NCBI GenBank assembly: GCA_010093995.1
Contig: ML992502.1
Location: forward strand, 1,233,001-1,297,000
Source of the DNA: Elsinoe ampelina
Lineage: Eukaryota
Length of the DNA stretch: 64,000 bases
Direction of reading: 5' to 3'
The notes beneath the pieces were generated by a model. That model saw only the letters and a program-made list of their open reading frames with translations, ran no database searches and was not told the DNA's origin. A program made the translations under genes and the position numbers. Below, in pieces: positions 11,815-25,018 of this stretch (position 1 is its first letter; every line of letters starts with the position of its first letter).

Positions 11815-14800
11815 GATGGGGAAAGTGAGCTTCCTCTGGGGTAAATGAGAATGCAAAGGGACAGGGGGACTTGCTGAGACGACTGGATGACACTCCAAGG
11901 AAGCAACTCAGACCTTGGGCCATTCACCACCTCTCTGGACGATAAAGACCTACCTTATAGGCATTCTGATATCCAGTCTACGGGGAACCACAATCACCGA
12001 CTTGGCCACGAATACAGCAGACGATCGAGAAAAAGAGAGGAGCAAACGCAAGCAAGGTTCCACCAGCTCGGTGTTCGATGGCTTGCTGCCCCAATACATG
12101 ATTTGCGGTCAGGACTGGAGGGGGGACCCGTATACGTTGGTGCGTTACGAGAGACAACAGAAAGGGCACGAGTAGATCGTGCGTCCTGAGATTGTCGTCG
12201 GTGGCTCTTAGCGGCCGTCGCTCCCGCCCCTGGTGCGAGTTTCTTATTACTCAGCCAAGCTAGATGCCAACGTGGAAGCTGGTGAGACGAGGCTAAGGGG
12301 GCGGGATGACAATGTACATCTCAATCAATCCTGTACAGCCTAAATGAATCCTTTATCTTGTGGCTTGATCGAATCTGGAGTGCATCTTGGGCATTGGATG
12401 GGATCGATCGTCCTTGTGGTAATTTGCTGGAGTTCCTCCGTCTGGTTCGTGATGAGTGTAATATGGTCGGTGGGTCCTCCAGGTGGTGCTACTGTATACA
12501 GGTCATCCTTGAGCCAAGCAGAGGTAGGGCGAAGCAGCATCCAAGGACCGCACAAGCTGCACCAAGAACCTTGTGGATCTTATCGGCCCGTTCGTCTATT
12601 GTCCCTGCCCAGGTCTTGTCATGATGCCAACGACCATCATTGTGCTCCGGGTGAAGTCGTGGCATTTGCACAACAGCCGTGATGTAGTCCGCGCAATCTA
12701 TTGTAACAAGTAGCGCGCGATTGCATTCACCCAAGCTTTTCCCCCCGTGATGAGCACGAAAAGCCAAAAGTGCGACCAGAGTGGGGTCATGGTCGCCGGA
12801 GAATCCCCATGACAGACGTCCAAACATGGTCGATGGGAGGACAGAGTCGATAACCCACACGTATAACGACCCAAAAAGGCAGAGGTAGCAAGTTGCCGGA
12901 CGAATGTGCAGATCCCGAAAACGCGAATCCACGCCCTGAATCGCGTCCAAGATGTCATGAAAACACCAGGATTGGCTGACTATGACAGCGACGACACCTG
13001 ATTGGCACAAGTCGTGTCTTGGAAGAGCAAGCCGAACAGGCGTTCGTAGCGCTGGACTGCAAGCCGGCCCGCATCCGTTCCATCTCCCAACACATCCTGG
13101 AACCGATCCTTCATGCATGATGTAAAGTCTACAAGAGCCAATCCCGACAGTAGAGAGGACGCTGTGGGGCTCCCCCGGCCAATGTTGACTCTCGGCAGTC
13201 AGGATAACCCCCGTCTATTGTCGAAACACGTGCTGGGGTCGCAGCGTGTCCTCGACGACTGCCGGACGAATGTCATGTGTGGTGTAGATTGGATGACACG
13301 GCTAGACCGCTTCAGGTTCATGGACTATCGTCACTCGACCCAACTTTTTGTCGAGGCAGGGTATCGAGAAGTGGTGGAGTGCGCAATGTAAAAACGTCCA
13401 CCGCTCCTCCTTGATGAGGCATAGTCTTGCATAACGTAAGGTGTCAGGCCAACCTCTCTTCAACATGAGATCTCAGGCGTCACTTAGTGCATACGAGCAT
13501 CTCGAAACCTACAGCTGCGGTCGACTATCGAAGCCACTGATGCCATGATTCTGGCTAATGCGCAAGTCAACTTGGACTCCAGGTATGAGGCTGATGTCTT
13601 AGTGCAGCCATCGATGCCGCTATCTTGGGAGGAGGAGATGTTGATCTCGCGGGACAGCATCCGTGAAAGTCTACACGAGTCAGCTTGACCATGAAACAAA
13701 GCTTTGTGAGAACAGGATCCCTCGTTGGGAAGGTCACTTGTTAGGTTAAATGCTATTGTACACAAAGGCTGTGCAGGTTTTGGAGTCTGAACAAGGTCCA
13801 TTCCAGTTCCCACGCTGTTGAGTCCGTGACTCTTCCTGGGTGGGTCCAGGCGTGGGCTCTATCGGTACATCGAACTGGCACCGAGGAGCCACGCATGCTT
13901 GCCTTCCCATCACACAGCCGTATCGGCTTAGAAATCGTCCTCTATCCTGCAGCTGTAGCGGACTTGACAACGGACGGAGCGAGACGTTCCCGGTCAGGCT
14001 AGTGAACTACCTTGCTCGATCAATCTGTGATAGGCTGAAATGACTATACGTCCCGTGCAAAGTGAGCCAAGCACCTTGGTATCAGCCCTGGTATGAATGT
14101 ATCAAGCCACTGGCAGCCGTACCTGAGCGATTTGGTCTCGAAGGACCTGCTTCGGAAGAGAGACATCACAATGAGAGGGTAAGCGGAGCAGCGCAGCAAA
14201 GGCGGCATCGAAGGCTTGCCGTATGAACGTAGAGCAAGCCAGCCTCCATGACTTGTAATGCATCCCGGGCATAGAAAAACCGCGCACATTCCAGAGCAGC
14301 AAGTGCGACATGTCAGTCGGTCTCAAAGTGCCGTCTTGATACACATCCTTGAGCCCTACTGGTCCATGTGGACTTGTGTCATGGAGGCAATATTCCTACA
14401 GGCTGCCCAGTGTCTCCATGTGTCTCCGACTTCGCTATGCGACAGGCCTTGGATGTGCAAGCTTCGGAAGCGACACCTCGGAACGAAAAATACCATCATG
14501 CCACTCCCCCAAGGCCGGGCATTGATGGCAAGAACCGTGTCACCAACCGTTTTACATTCTCAAGGTTGCGTGCTGGCCGATGATTTGCATGCCGTCCCAG
14601 CGCTGCCTGAGCGTGCTGTGGAGCATCCCATAGGACGTGCATATGTCGTAGGAGAAGCAGCGTTGTCCCGAGAACCTCGGGCTTGTTTGTGACCACAGTC
14701 GTGCGTATTGCCTATCGATGAGGGTTCCCAGCGCCGGACTGTGTAAGACTCGACTGAAGTCTGGGCGACCATGTCGAAGAAGCGATACTTTCCTCGGGGT

Positions 14801-15614
14801 CTCGCCGATTAGTCTGCGACCGGATGGTCTTGTGTATTCAAGCAGCGTCCAAGCAAATAGCGAAGTCGAAGACAATGCTTCGCCGCTTGGTCCGAGATAA
14901 GGCCTACGTCTGGCAACAAACCGCGTGCGACCAGTCAAGTGATTTGACTTCGAAGAGATAAAAAGGACCGATTGTCGTGGTGCTGCGGATGGCTGTTCTT
15001 TTCGCAAGCAAAGTCGGAGCTCGTTGTTGTCCGTAGGCCGTGGCAAGTCACATCACCGCTCAGTGTAGCTCTGCTAGAGTATTGTATGCGATACTGACAC
15101 GGACGTTATGACCAGAAAGACAACGCAGTCCAATGGAGAATGTTGGATGACATTGCTGAGACGCAGAAGAAACGAGTCAGGCGGGGGCGGGGGGGACAGG
15201 ATGAAGAAGGAAACAGCCAGTAAACCTACAGTGTTAAACGATGTGATTCATCATCCGTGGCTACCCGCTGCTGTGCTCCTACCTTCATGCAGTATTGTAC
15301 GTCTGCCAGAGGTAGCGTGCGATGATGGAAGTGCGTCAAGGAAACCAAACATGTCAGAGTGATAGTGGGCCGGAAGACAAGTGGAGGACGTCGGGACGAG
15401 CACGTGACTGTCACTCGTCCCTCAACCGGACTTCACGAGATTTATGCAACAATGCCAGAGCAATCAGAAGACTGGGCAAGGAAGATCTAACTCGAATTCA
15501 AGTCATACAAGAGGCCTCTATCTGTATGCCGACCCCGGGTATCAAATGCATCACAACCATCCCTCAACACCGTTTGAATGCCTGCGTAGCCTTCCTCTCG
15601 TGTCCAACTGTTCC

Positions 15615-18600
15615 TCAAATCTCCATGCCCGGGAGAGTAATCATACCAGCAAGGGTATCTTGCGACGCCGCCGGTCCGGGAGTCTCTGCCTCATCAGCGC
15701 CGCCGTTCTGTCCGGGCGGGCCGCCACCACCGCCGAAACCAGTGTGAATGTCTTCGGGTTTCATCGTGCCATTCAGCATCGGACAGAGCCTGTGAAATCA
15801 CATGTTAGCGGAGCCCTGCATGCAACCAGCCGAACCATGTGAAAGAAGCGCAGATACAACGAGGAAAAGAGAGTGTTCTACAGTAAAGAAGAAATAGACA
15901 AGTGTCACGTGGCGAAAAGTGAGGTGTTTTGCGCCTGAAGCGCAACGTTATGTGCTCGCGAACAAGACCATATCAGACTATCAAGAAGTCTGACTGCTCT
16001 TGGAAGCCTTGCTGAGCTTGTCTTTCTGCCACCTCGAGACTGGCTTGTCGATCCCCTGGAAATCGAATCCAGCGCCCGCCATGCTCTGCTCTTCTTGATC
16101 CTCTTTTTCCAAGCAAGGAAAGCAGAACCACCTGCGGTTGATGCATTTGAGCAGGACCACCGGCTCATCAACGTCCACGCCTGAGTCTTCCACATTATCT
16201 TGAGAGATTTGAGATGCAACGTACTTTTTGTTCGTTTTGATGTGACCAATTTGACCACAATTGGCACATCTTCTCCCTGTGCCTTCCGGGTTGACCTTCT
16301 TGCGACCTCCACGCTTCCCAGTACCGGGTCCCGCACCATGAGGGGTACCGGAGTCAGGCGCGTCGTCTTCGCCAGCTTGAGAAGCAGACGGAGAATGAAC
16401 AATGCCCTTGGCGCGCTCACGTGCCTGTCGGCGTTCCATATTGCGCTGGATACGAGCGACTTCTTCCTGGGCGCTTAAAACATGTTAGCATGATTGTAAG
16501 AATGTGAGACAATTACAAGAGCTTACGCTTTGAGCTGAATTGCATCATATTCCGTGTCACCAGTCCTGCTGATGTCATTTGGGCTAGCAAAATTAGTATC
16601 AGGCATCCAGGAACCGTCTGCATTGACTTACTCGATCTGCGCTGTACGTTCCTTGTACTTGGCGCGTTTGTATGCCGAGATGACTCTTGGGTTGGTAACG
16701 GTGAAAGGTACTTCATCGTAACCACCGTACGAATTTGCGACTTGCCTCGTGATTACCAGGGTCTGATTCTTCTTATTCTGACTGTTTCTGCTGAACTGGC
16801 TGACCGACTCGTCCTCGCGCCTGGAGAATGCCGGGGTACCGAAGGAAGTTCTTGGAGTTGTGGCACGGTCGACGTGGTCGTCGAGCTCGTCGTCGATGTC
16901 ACCTTCCGTGTCGGAGTGCTCTAACCGGGAGGAGAGCGATTCAGTCTGGGCTCGCCAGATGCGTCGTATCGACTCGTCGTATGCTCGCTGCTGTTTAGCC
17001 ACGTTGTAGCTGTGACCGTGATTCTCCTTGAGGCGCTTTGCGTCCAATCGTTCCTCAATACTCTCGCCAAGTGCTCTGAAGCCGCCTTTCATGCTGGTTT
17101 TGACGAAGCTGAATCCTTCTCCTCTGCCGGTAGGATCGCCTTCGCCGTGTAGCTGAAGCATGGCTTTGCCTTGGCACGCATTCATGAAATTCTTGGTGGT
17201 CGACCACGGAGCAAGCAGGACCTCGATGTTTGTGCCTTCTTTATCGTCCTCATCATCTGCAGCATCTTCGTCACGCCTAAGGCCGAGATCGCTGAGATGC
17301 TGAACGCCAGCCTGCATGGAGTCCAAGAGACAGATATCCTCGGGACGAATCAGAGATCGTAATTCATCTGTCTCGGGAGGAATATCGGCGTCCTTGGGCA
17401 CCCATATGGATTGATTCTTGTCGTACTTCATGAACTCCCGCATCTTGCCGCGGTTCTGTGCAATGTCACTACCAGGCAGATGAGCAAGGACTACCTGGTT
17501 TGTGAGTGGTGGCCCTCTCCGCTGACTCCATTTCCTCCAAACACGATAAGAAATCGCCTTCAAACGACGCTTTGCGGCGTCGGTGACCTTGCGGGAGTGT
17601 TCACCGGGGATCTCTGTTGAAGGGAATTGCTGACCGACCACGTGCAGGTTCTCAAAGTTCCGCAGGTAGAATTTGTGGCCATGTTCGCCAGTCGAGCTGC
17701 ACACAACCAGAAAGTCCGTAGGTTTACCTTCGTGCTTGAAGATAGGCGCTCGGTACAGACTGTTGTGTATGGCAGGGACCAGCTCGCCAGGATCGACATG
17801 GCCAAAATTGGCGAATGGGCTGCGATCTTGTGGAAGGAGTACTTGAGTCTCCCCGATCTCTTCCTTCGGGCGAGAAGTGTCTTGATCATCCTTACGACGG
17901 TAGTAGTTGACAAGCCGATTGCCCATGCCAAAGTTGGACAACATCATAGGCATCTCTTCAGAGTACTCCAAGAGTAAGCCACTAGAATTGTCGCCCATTG
18001 ACAGATCTTCCGACTTGCCAAAGATGTCACGCGTCTCTCGACCTCGCAAATGCTTTTTCTTGACCGTCTTTGGTTTGTGAAATCGGATCTCCTTACCTAC
18101 ACGGAGACCTGATATTGCAGGTCGATGAAAGGAGCGGAGCTGACGAGGCTCGAGCTTGACTCGATAGAATGGGTATTGAAGCTTGACTGCAGGCATACTA
18201 TGCTCAATGGCGACACTGCCGAGGGTGCTGCGAACTTTGTGCTGGTGATTTTCTTTGAGCAGCTCGTATGCTTCGTCATTCGATATGTTGTATCTTCGAG
18301 TGATGTCTCGTGCAGCATCCTTGTGATCTCCTCTCATGCCAGCTAGCGTCCTGCGTTTGGATTGATTTCTTGGTAAGCTCTCATCAATCAGGAGGTCTGC
18401 ATCGTTGATGTCCAAAGCCACTCTTTTCGCGAGCCTTTGCGTAGCCTGCTCGGGATCGTCCAGCGAGGGTAGCAAGGGGACCACAGCTGCGCTCTCAATA
18501 TGCCCGTCCTTCCAGACTTTTGCTCGCTTCGGTTCGGGCTGATCTTGGGTATTCACGTCATAGTCCATGTAGATGCCACTGTCCGCATTCGGGGATTTAC

Positions 18601-19684
18601 GTCGCCTGGTGCTGCCAGAAGAGCTGACGCTCGCGACTTCCCAGTCGCAACATGCCAATTCGATGTCTTGCCAGCCCAATCCACCTATCAGCTCGTCCTC
18701 GTTGATGTCATCAATGTCCATGTCGTCTCCACTCTCCTGACCATTCGTCGTAGGTCGAGTAGCCATGATAAGATTGGTCGTTTCCTGGTCTGCGGTTTTC
18801 CCAGTCTTGCCTGTTGCTGCAGCGGCTGCGCTTGAGAGGCGGAAGGTACGTTCAGAGTCGGGCGCTATCTCAAGTGTAAGCTTCGAGGGCTGAAGGGGCT
18901 TTGGTGGTTTTGCAGGAGTCTTCCAGTTGAAGTGACCAGGCGCAGGCGGGAAGAGCTCAATGAATCTTGCGGTTCTCTCGGGGTCGTACGATGGCCAGAT
19001 GGAGAAGAACAGCTCCATGTCAGTCTCTGGAGCATCCGGGGGCTCGTGACTACCTCTTCGACCAGCTCTTGCAAACAGCGCTCGTTGCAAAGCCACCTGC
19101 TCGTCAAGCTCTTCCTCGTCTTCCTCATCTGGTACTAGCGGCTCCGGCGTCGCAGAGCTTGTCGGGAGTTGAGAAATGCCCTGCTCAATCGGTGATGCCC
19201 CGTAGGAGGCCGGGCTGTCGAAAACACCACCATCCGCGCCAGGTATCTTTGGTGTAAAAGTGCCTGGAAGAGCTATGCGCGGCTTGGTTGGTGGTCCCGA
19301 TTGATCCGTAGGGTGTGAGATGGGCGCTGCCTCGGTCGAGTCACCAAAAACGAACGCATTGTCCTCGTCTCCGAACAGGTCGTCACCAAAGTCCAACCCA
19401 TCGTTCCCATCTGCATCGGCTTGCTCTCCATGCCCATTCTCCAAGACGTTGTTTTCGTCTGCGGCTGGTCGCGTTGAAGGTTCATCGTCTTCACTTGCTA
19501 GATCATCGTCGCCGATGTCCTCGAAGTCTTCCGCGTCGTCTGCCTTCTCGCCGACCTCAAGATCCCTGCCCATGAAATCATACTCCACTCCACCCCGACC
19601 TGACGTCTCATTGTTGAGGAGCCGAGCAATTTCATCATCGTCTTGCTGTTGCTGAAGATCATTTCCGTCGACGGCATGAGGCAT
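15615..19684 (-). CDS. TAF1: TFIID subunit TAF1 (acidic N-terminus, DUF3591 core, C-terminal zinc knuckle); introns 16584-16631, 16474-16526, 15790-16224
   Basis: YNISNDEAY, LRSFHRP, LEYSEEMP, GMGNRLVNYYRRK, LAPWSTTKNF, GEGDPTGRGEGFSF, HSYNVAKQQ; the spliced knuckle reads CANCGQIGHIKTNKK|LCPM. Confidence 0.93.
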
Positions 19685-22600
19685 CGTGAATTGTCGAGTG
19701 CGCCGTTTGTTGCTTCTGTCGCAGCGCAGCTAAATAGCAGTCACAGGACAGAAGCTTTGTCGCCTTCCACTCATGTGTGCTCAGATCTCAAAGTCTGATG
19801 GTGAAGGAGGAGGGTGAATCAGATCTGAATGGAGTGCGCGTAATGCTATTGTGAAATGTTGAACAATAGGATCAGGTACTTAGCACGTACCTTAGGCAGC
19901 CGAAGTTCGGAAGTTGCAGCTGACTCATGCGGGGTAACTTTGTCGATTCGTGCGGCGAACGTCAAACGGTCACGTGCCCAGCCATCGTTCTCGCCCAATT
20001 CAAGTTCATCTCAATGTTGCTGGAGAGACATTGTTCTTAAGTGCTACCTGAGAAATGGCGACCGATGCACAAAGGTAAGTTCCTTCACAATAGCATTGCG
20101 TCTCAGTGCGGTGTGATAGCATGTATGCCCCTCAGTCAGGAGCAGTCATCACAAGATAGACCGAGTAGCGACCCATTCGCGATGCTTGGATCTTTGTCTT
20201 GATGACCATGTCCTTCTCAGCGATATGATTGTCATAGAGCATTCTTTGCTGCGATCAGATATGTATGATAGGCTACGCGGAAATACTCGGGCTATCCCAG
20301 CCCTTGAGCAGTACAGGAAGTGCACACTACCACGAGTCATCGAACGAAACAGCGACGCTCGCGAGATCTGGCAGTTCGTCACCTGATTTCCGTCATACAA
20401 TCGCGGGACAGGAAGGCTTTTTTGGCGTCGCAGCCACGCCAATCAGGCCGACCACTGTAACCATCTGGATGGGTCTTGTCAGCTCAGAATGGAAAGCTCA
20501 GCTACTTTACGTACTTTCCGTAGTTGGTCCTTTCTCGGACCCTCCACCGGTTGGTCAAGCATGGCATGGCAGACACACAGCCCGGCCTGCCTTGCATCAA
20601 AAGAACAACATATGTTAGGCAGCTCACCAGAATCCGGAGTTGCGGAAGTATGGTCTTCCATGTCACAGCCGTGTCAAGTTGCACAACTGCCGACAAGCAC
20701 ATGATCGCCATGATCAAATTAAGTCATATCGCTGAAATGGTGAAATGATGGCAGGGATCGTGGCTTACGTTTGCTTAATGGCTAGCTATTAGGCAATCTA
20801 TAGTGGAGAGTCGGGTATGATTGACTCCGCTCTCATCCATCACCAGGACACGTCAGCAGCGTTGTCACTCGGCTGACAAGGGAATGGGGAGGTCGATCAT
20901 GACGCCTTACTGGCCGCATGTACAGTACCATCTCAACGACCCTTGATGGTTCAGGACTGTCGTGTGTCACTGGGAACAAGGTACTTTCAAGATACTCGAT
21001 ACAATACTTGCATAGGAGGGGCGGCTTGTTCCACAACAGCTGACGACTGCATCTCGGGTGTAACTCTGGAACCTTGATTGGACAAACTTCTATCGACTCC
21101 TGTACTCGTTAGCGTTTTTGTGCTACCAATCTTCATCTCGACGCGGCACTTGTCATGAGCTATCAAAGAAGATTTTACTGTACTGGCTTCGAGGTTTCAG
21201 AACGATCGGCCACGCCGAAGCTTGAATGCGCCTTCCCTCTCTGGGAATTCGTAACGAAGGGGAGCCTAACAGGTCCCATGTCCGAAAGAGGCATGTTCAC
21301 CTTGTACTTCCCCTAATTGATTGGTGCATGCTCATTTTCGAAACGCGCGCCTCTCCGCCCCGCGAAACATTCATCGCCATGTACCCATACGACCGGCACC
21401 GGAGATTATAGCGATAGTAATCACAGACAATGCTTGCGCCCGACCTTCTGCGGCCATCGACCCTCTGCGTTGTATCACAATACGAGTATGTGACAGGCCA
21501 GCCAAAGGAACAAGGTTAGGGCAGGATCTTTTTGCTTTTTGACTTGCGGCGTGATACGTGTGCCACGCAAGATGCGTTTTACGAATGCGACTTACGTGCT
21601 GGCGCACGAACGCAGATCTTGGTTACGAGTGTCAAACGGCCACGAAGAAACGTTTTGCGGCGCAGTTGCATCGTGCGTAAAACCATGACAAGAATGCCTG
21701 CCTCTTCGTGTGCTCGGCTCGGCTGGCCTGGCTCGTCCTATACTTCTGCTATAGACGTGCCACCTTGCCTGACGTATTATTACTCCTCGGAAGAACGGGA
21801 TTTGCTGGATCCACGGCCGCCCTAAACCTACCAGGTGCCAGATCAGGTTACAGCTTGCTGACCGGCCCAAACGAGCCAGGCCCACAACCGGTCTGAATAA
21901 TCTTTCCGGGTACGTACGCCGCATCGCATGTACACATACCTCATCGACTCATCGACTCATCGACTCACCGAGAGTAGGCTCGCGGCGCAGGAGGCGTATT
22001 GGCCATGCTTGCTTGTTATTGCAGGCGAGCTAAGCACGAATGGGTGCAATGTAGGCCTTGGTCTCGGCCACCGCATCGTTTGATTGGTTCGTCCCCACCA
22101 TGTATCTGACTTCTCCTCCTCCTTATCCTTCCACGGAACATTCATCGCTGTTTCGACGGTTACGCCAAACGCCTGTCATGGGCCCCCTGCCTGGTCTACG
22201 TGGGTCGCAAGGTCTCGTCTGGCGACGATGCATGTCTGTGACAATACGCGCCACATGCCACTGTGACCACCACCGGCTCTCATCTCACAGGCTTTCCGGT
22301 TAACACGTACCACTGTTGCCATCCAACAACTAACGCCGCATCATGGAGCCCTACGAAGCCGTACACCCACACCGGCTGGCGGACCATTGTCTTTCCTTTA
22401 AGCGGTCCCTGCATTCTCATCCTACTCCTGAACTAGCAACTCGCATTTTTAGAGTCCACACCGGGCCTTTCGATCTTGGCCATCTGCCACTGTTCCATTT
22501 CCCGCTGATTTAGGGCAATCCAGCTGTTTTGAGTTTGTCAAGCCGATTGCTCAGATACCTTGTCACTAGTTACGTTTACCTTTGCTATTACATACTACCA

Positions 22601-22855
22601 GCTTTGCCATGTTTCGCTTCTTATTTAGACTTTTTTTTCGAGATCTCGTGGAATTCCACTGAATGTCTCACATTTACATGCCGTAGCCCTGTTTTTTTTT
22701 GGGTATTAGCCGGCGCTTTTGATATATACTAGTCGTGGTCTGTCCTCCAACACCTGACCTTCTTGTCGGAACCCTATACTATGCTACTGCACACCTATTT
22801 TACACTCATTCCACCATTCTGGTCCGATGTTTCTGGCACTTGACTATCTCTCGCA

Positions 22856-24826
22856 ATGACTACAGTAAATCAGGATTATGCTCCTCACAGAGCGAGGAGA
22901 AGTCACTCACCACATCTACCTCCCATACAGGATTCACAATCTCAACAGGCAACGATCAATGACCAATGGACTCATGCGTGGCGGGAACTCCAACAGCAAG
23001 TACACCACAACACGGTGTCTCTGGAAGCGCAGAGATCGCACATCTCTGAACTTCATGATGCCATGAGATCATTGCATAGCGAGGTTGGTTCAATCTGGAA
23101 GCATCTGGAAGCTGTCAGGGACGAGGTTCAGACACGACTGGATGTTGTTAGGCCAGAGAAGCAGGACGTGGATGTTCTTACCCAGCATCTGCAGACTGTC
23201 GACAGGAAAGCGAGTGAGATCGACGGCCTCAAGGTTCAATTGGAGATCATGACCCAGCGCTTGCGACGGCTTGAGGAGCAACAACAGACTGCAGGACCAC
23301 CTATACCACTCAACTCATATCATCAACAAGGACCGCCGCATGCGTACACTACTCAACAACCTCACGGCACGCCTTCCAGCGAGTATCGTGCTTCTCAACC
23401 AGCCCCTCCCGCAGAGCGCCCGCCTCCATCTCAACAACAGCAACAACACCACAGCGAGCCTCGACGAGACGAATATACCACCGGTTCCGATGTGAGGAGC
23501 GTGCCTGGCTTTCGAGCACTAGATCCGTCATCCGGTGTGACTTCTTGGCGTGCCGCTTCAGCTCTCGCAACCGGTCAGCATCCAGCTGTGCCACATGAAG
23601 CAGCTGCGCCTGCCCCTCACCACGACGTGGCACACTCATCAGGCTGGGCGGCTGTCAATGCGAACCACAGTAAACGTCCAGCATCCATAGACGCTACCGC
23701 TCACGATGCGTCCGCGCCAGCATCCCCAAAACGGCAAAAGCTAGCCACCCTGATGCCACGATCCAGCATCGGCGAAGTCAACGCCGCATACCCCCACCCG
23801 GACTCATCTCAGCTACGCAGAGCAGGCTCAGGTGACTCCCAAGCCCACTTCCCCGGCGCCCCGGTCGCCGGACAACCCATCAAATTCGTCCCCTTCCCCC
23901 CCAACGTCGAAGCAGCAGAGGCTCAGCAAGAAGCCTGGCGAGCCGAACACGCCGCCGCCGAAGCCGCCCGCGGACGAGCACGAGGGGCCCGCTCACGCGG
24001 CCGCGGCCGCAAATCCGGCAGCGTAGGCGACCGCGACGACATGGAGATGCGACAAGAATACGCGCGCTCCGACTGGGGCGGGTCGCAAGACGGCTACCAC
24101 CGCCAACCCCACCACGCCTACGCCATGTCCCCTCAAGACCCCCAACGAGGCCGCGACATCCAACCAGCCAGCTACCCGCCCGCGGACAACGCAAGCCAAT
24201 ACAGCGGCGGCGCCCCCGAGACCCCCTCCCCCGCCTTCCAAGACTCGGGCAAAAAATCCCGCACGAAGCCCACGCGCAACGCCAACGGCATCCTCATCCG
24301 CAAAGACGGCAGGCCGGACATGCGCAGCATCAGCTCGGCGCAGAACCTGCGCAAAGTGCACGCGAAGAAAGAAGCCGAGCGCAATGGCGAGATGGCGGAT
24401 CCGACATCCGCGACGTCTTCGAATCCGAATAGTGCACATAATGATGACAAGAGCTCCGTGGTGGATGGGAGCGTGACCGAGTCGCCTGTCACGCCGACGG
24501 GGGAGGGGTTGGATAAGAGGGAACGAGGGGGCGTGGGGCTGGGGTTTGCGGCGATAAATGGGGAGGGGAGGAAGGAGGTGTATCACCGTGAGGAGGACGT
24601 GGTGCCGGAGACGCAGGCTGGAAGTCAGAGGGAGGAGAGATTGGAGGAGAGGGGAAGGAGTCCTAGTCGGGAGGCGCCGAGGAATTTTAAGCAGGAGAAG
24701 ATGGCGGATGGGGATACCCAGATGGCGGACTCGGTGATGATGGATAGGGCTGAGGTCCAGACGAGGGAGAGGCAGGAGATGGTGCCTGAGATGGCGCGCG
24801 TGGAGCCCGCGGGCATCACGGCGTGA
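22856..24826 (+). CDS. Conserved fungal hypothetical protein: N-terminal coiled coil, RG box, RKDGRPDMRS motif; exact start uncertain
   Basis: 656-codon ORF with a heptad region at aa ~35-145, a basic SPKRQK motif, RGRARGARSRGRGR and TRNANGILIRKDGRPDMRSISSAQNLRKVHAKKE. Confidence 0.75.
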   Translation: MTTVNQDYAPHRARRSHSPHLPPIQDSQSQQATINDQWTHAWRELQQQVHHNTVSLEAQRSHISELHDAMRSLHSEVGSIWKHLEAVRDEVQTRLDVVRPEKQDVDVLTQHLQTVDRKASEIDGLKVQLEIMTQRLRRLEEQQQTAGPPIPLNSYHQQGPPHAYTTQQPHGTPSSEYRASQPAPPAERPPPSQQQQQHHSEPRRDEYTTGSDVRSVPGFRALDPSSGVTSWRAASALATGQHPAVPHEAAAPAPHHDVAHSSGWAAVNANHSKRPASIDATAHDASAPASPKRQKLATLMPRSSIGEVNAAYPHPDSSQLRRAGSGDSQAHFPGAPVAGQPIKFVPFPPNVEAAEAQQEAWRAEHAAAEAARGRARGARSRGRGRKSGSVGDRDDMEMRQEYARSDWGGSQDGYHRQPHHAYAMSPQDPQRGRDIQPASYPPADNASQYSGGAPETPSPAFQDSGKKSRTKPTRNANGILIRKDGRPDMRSISSAQNLRKVHAKKEAERNGEMADPTSATSSNPNSAHNDDKSSVVDGSVTESPVTPTGEGLDKRERGGVGLGFAAINGEGRKEVYHREEDVVPETQAGSQREERLEERGRSPSREAPRNFKQEKMADGDTQMADSVMMDRAEVQTRERQEMVPEMARVEPAGITA

Positions 24827-25018
24827 TGTGTATAGTTTTCATGGCATGGTGTTCTGGTTGGGTGGGAATGGGTACTCGCAGGTATTCTGGGAAGGTACAT
24901 GACCGGCAAACGTCGTTGTCACGGCTAGTGGCTGAAGAAATGAACATGAACATACTTTGCGCACGGGTCCATTTGCCAAAGTTACGTTTTGTTAGATCGA
25001 TGCTGGGTATATGTATGC

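Noticed and set aside
11900..15600. ~3.7-kb region with many short ORFs (e.g. 12489-13118)
   Set aside because: No recognisable domain, consistent splice pattern, repeat or transposon hallmark; could be a decayed gene but cannot be supported.
19700..22850. ~3.1-kb gene-free region with a (CATCGACT)x3 repeat at ~21942-21966 and a possible micro-exon ATGGAGCCCTACGAAGCC at 22343
   Set aside because: The repeat is too short to interpret and the micro-exon donor (GTACAC) is weak; ORFs look random.
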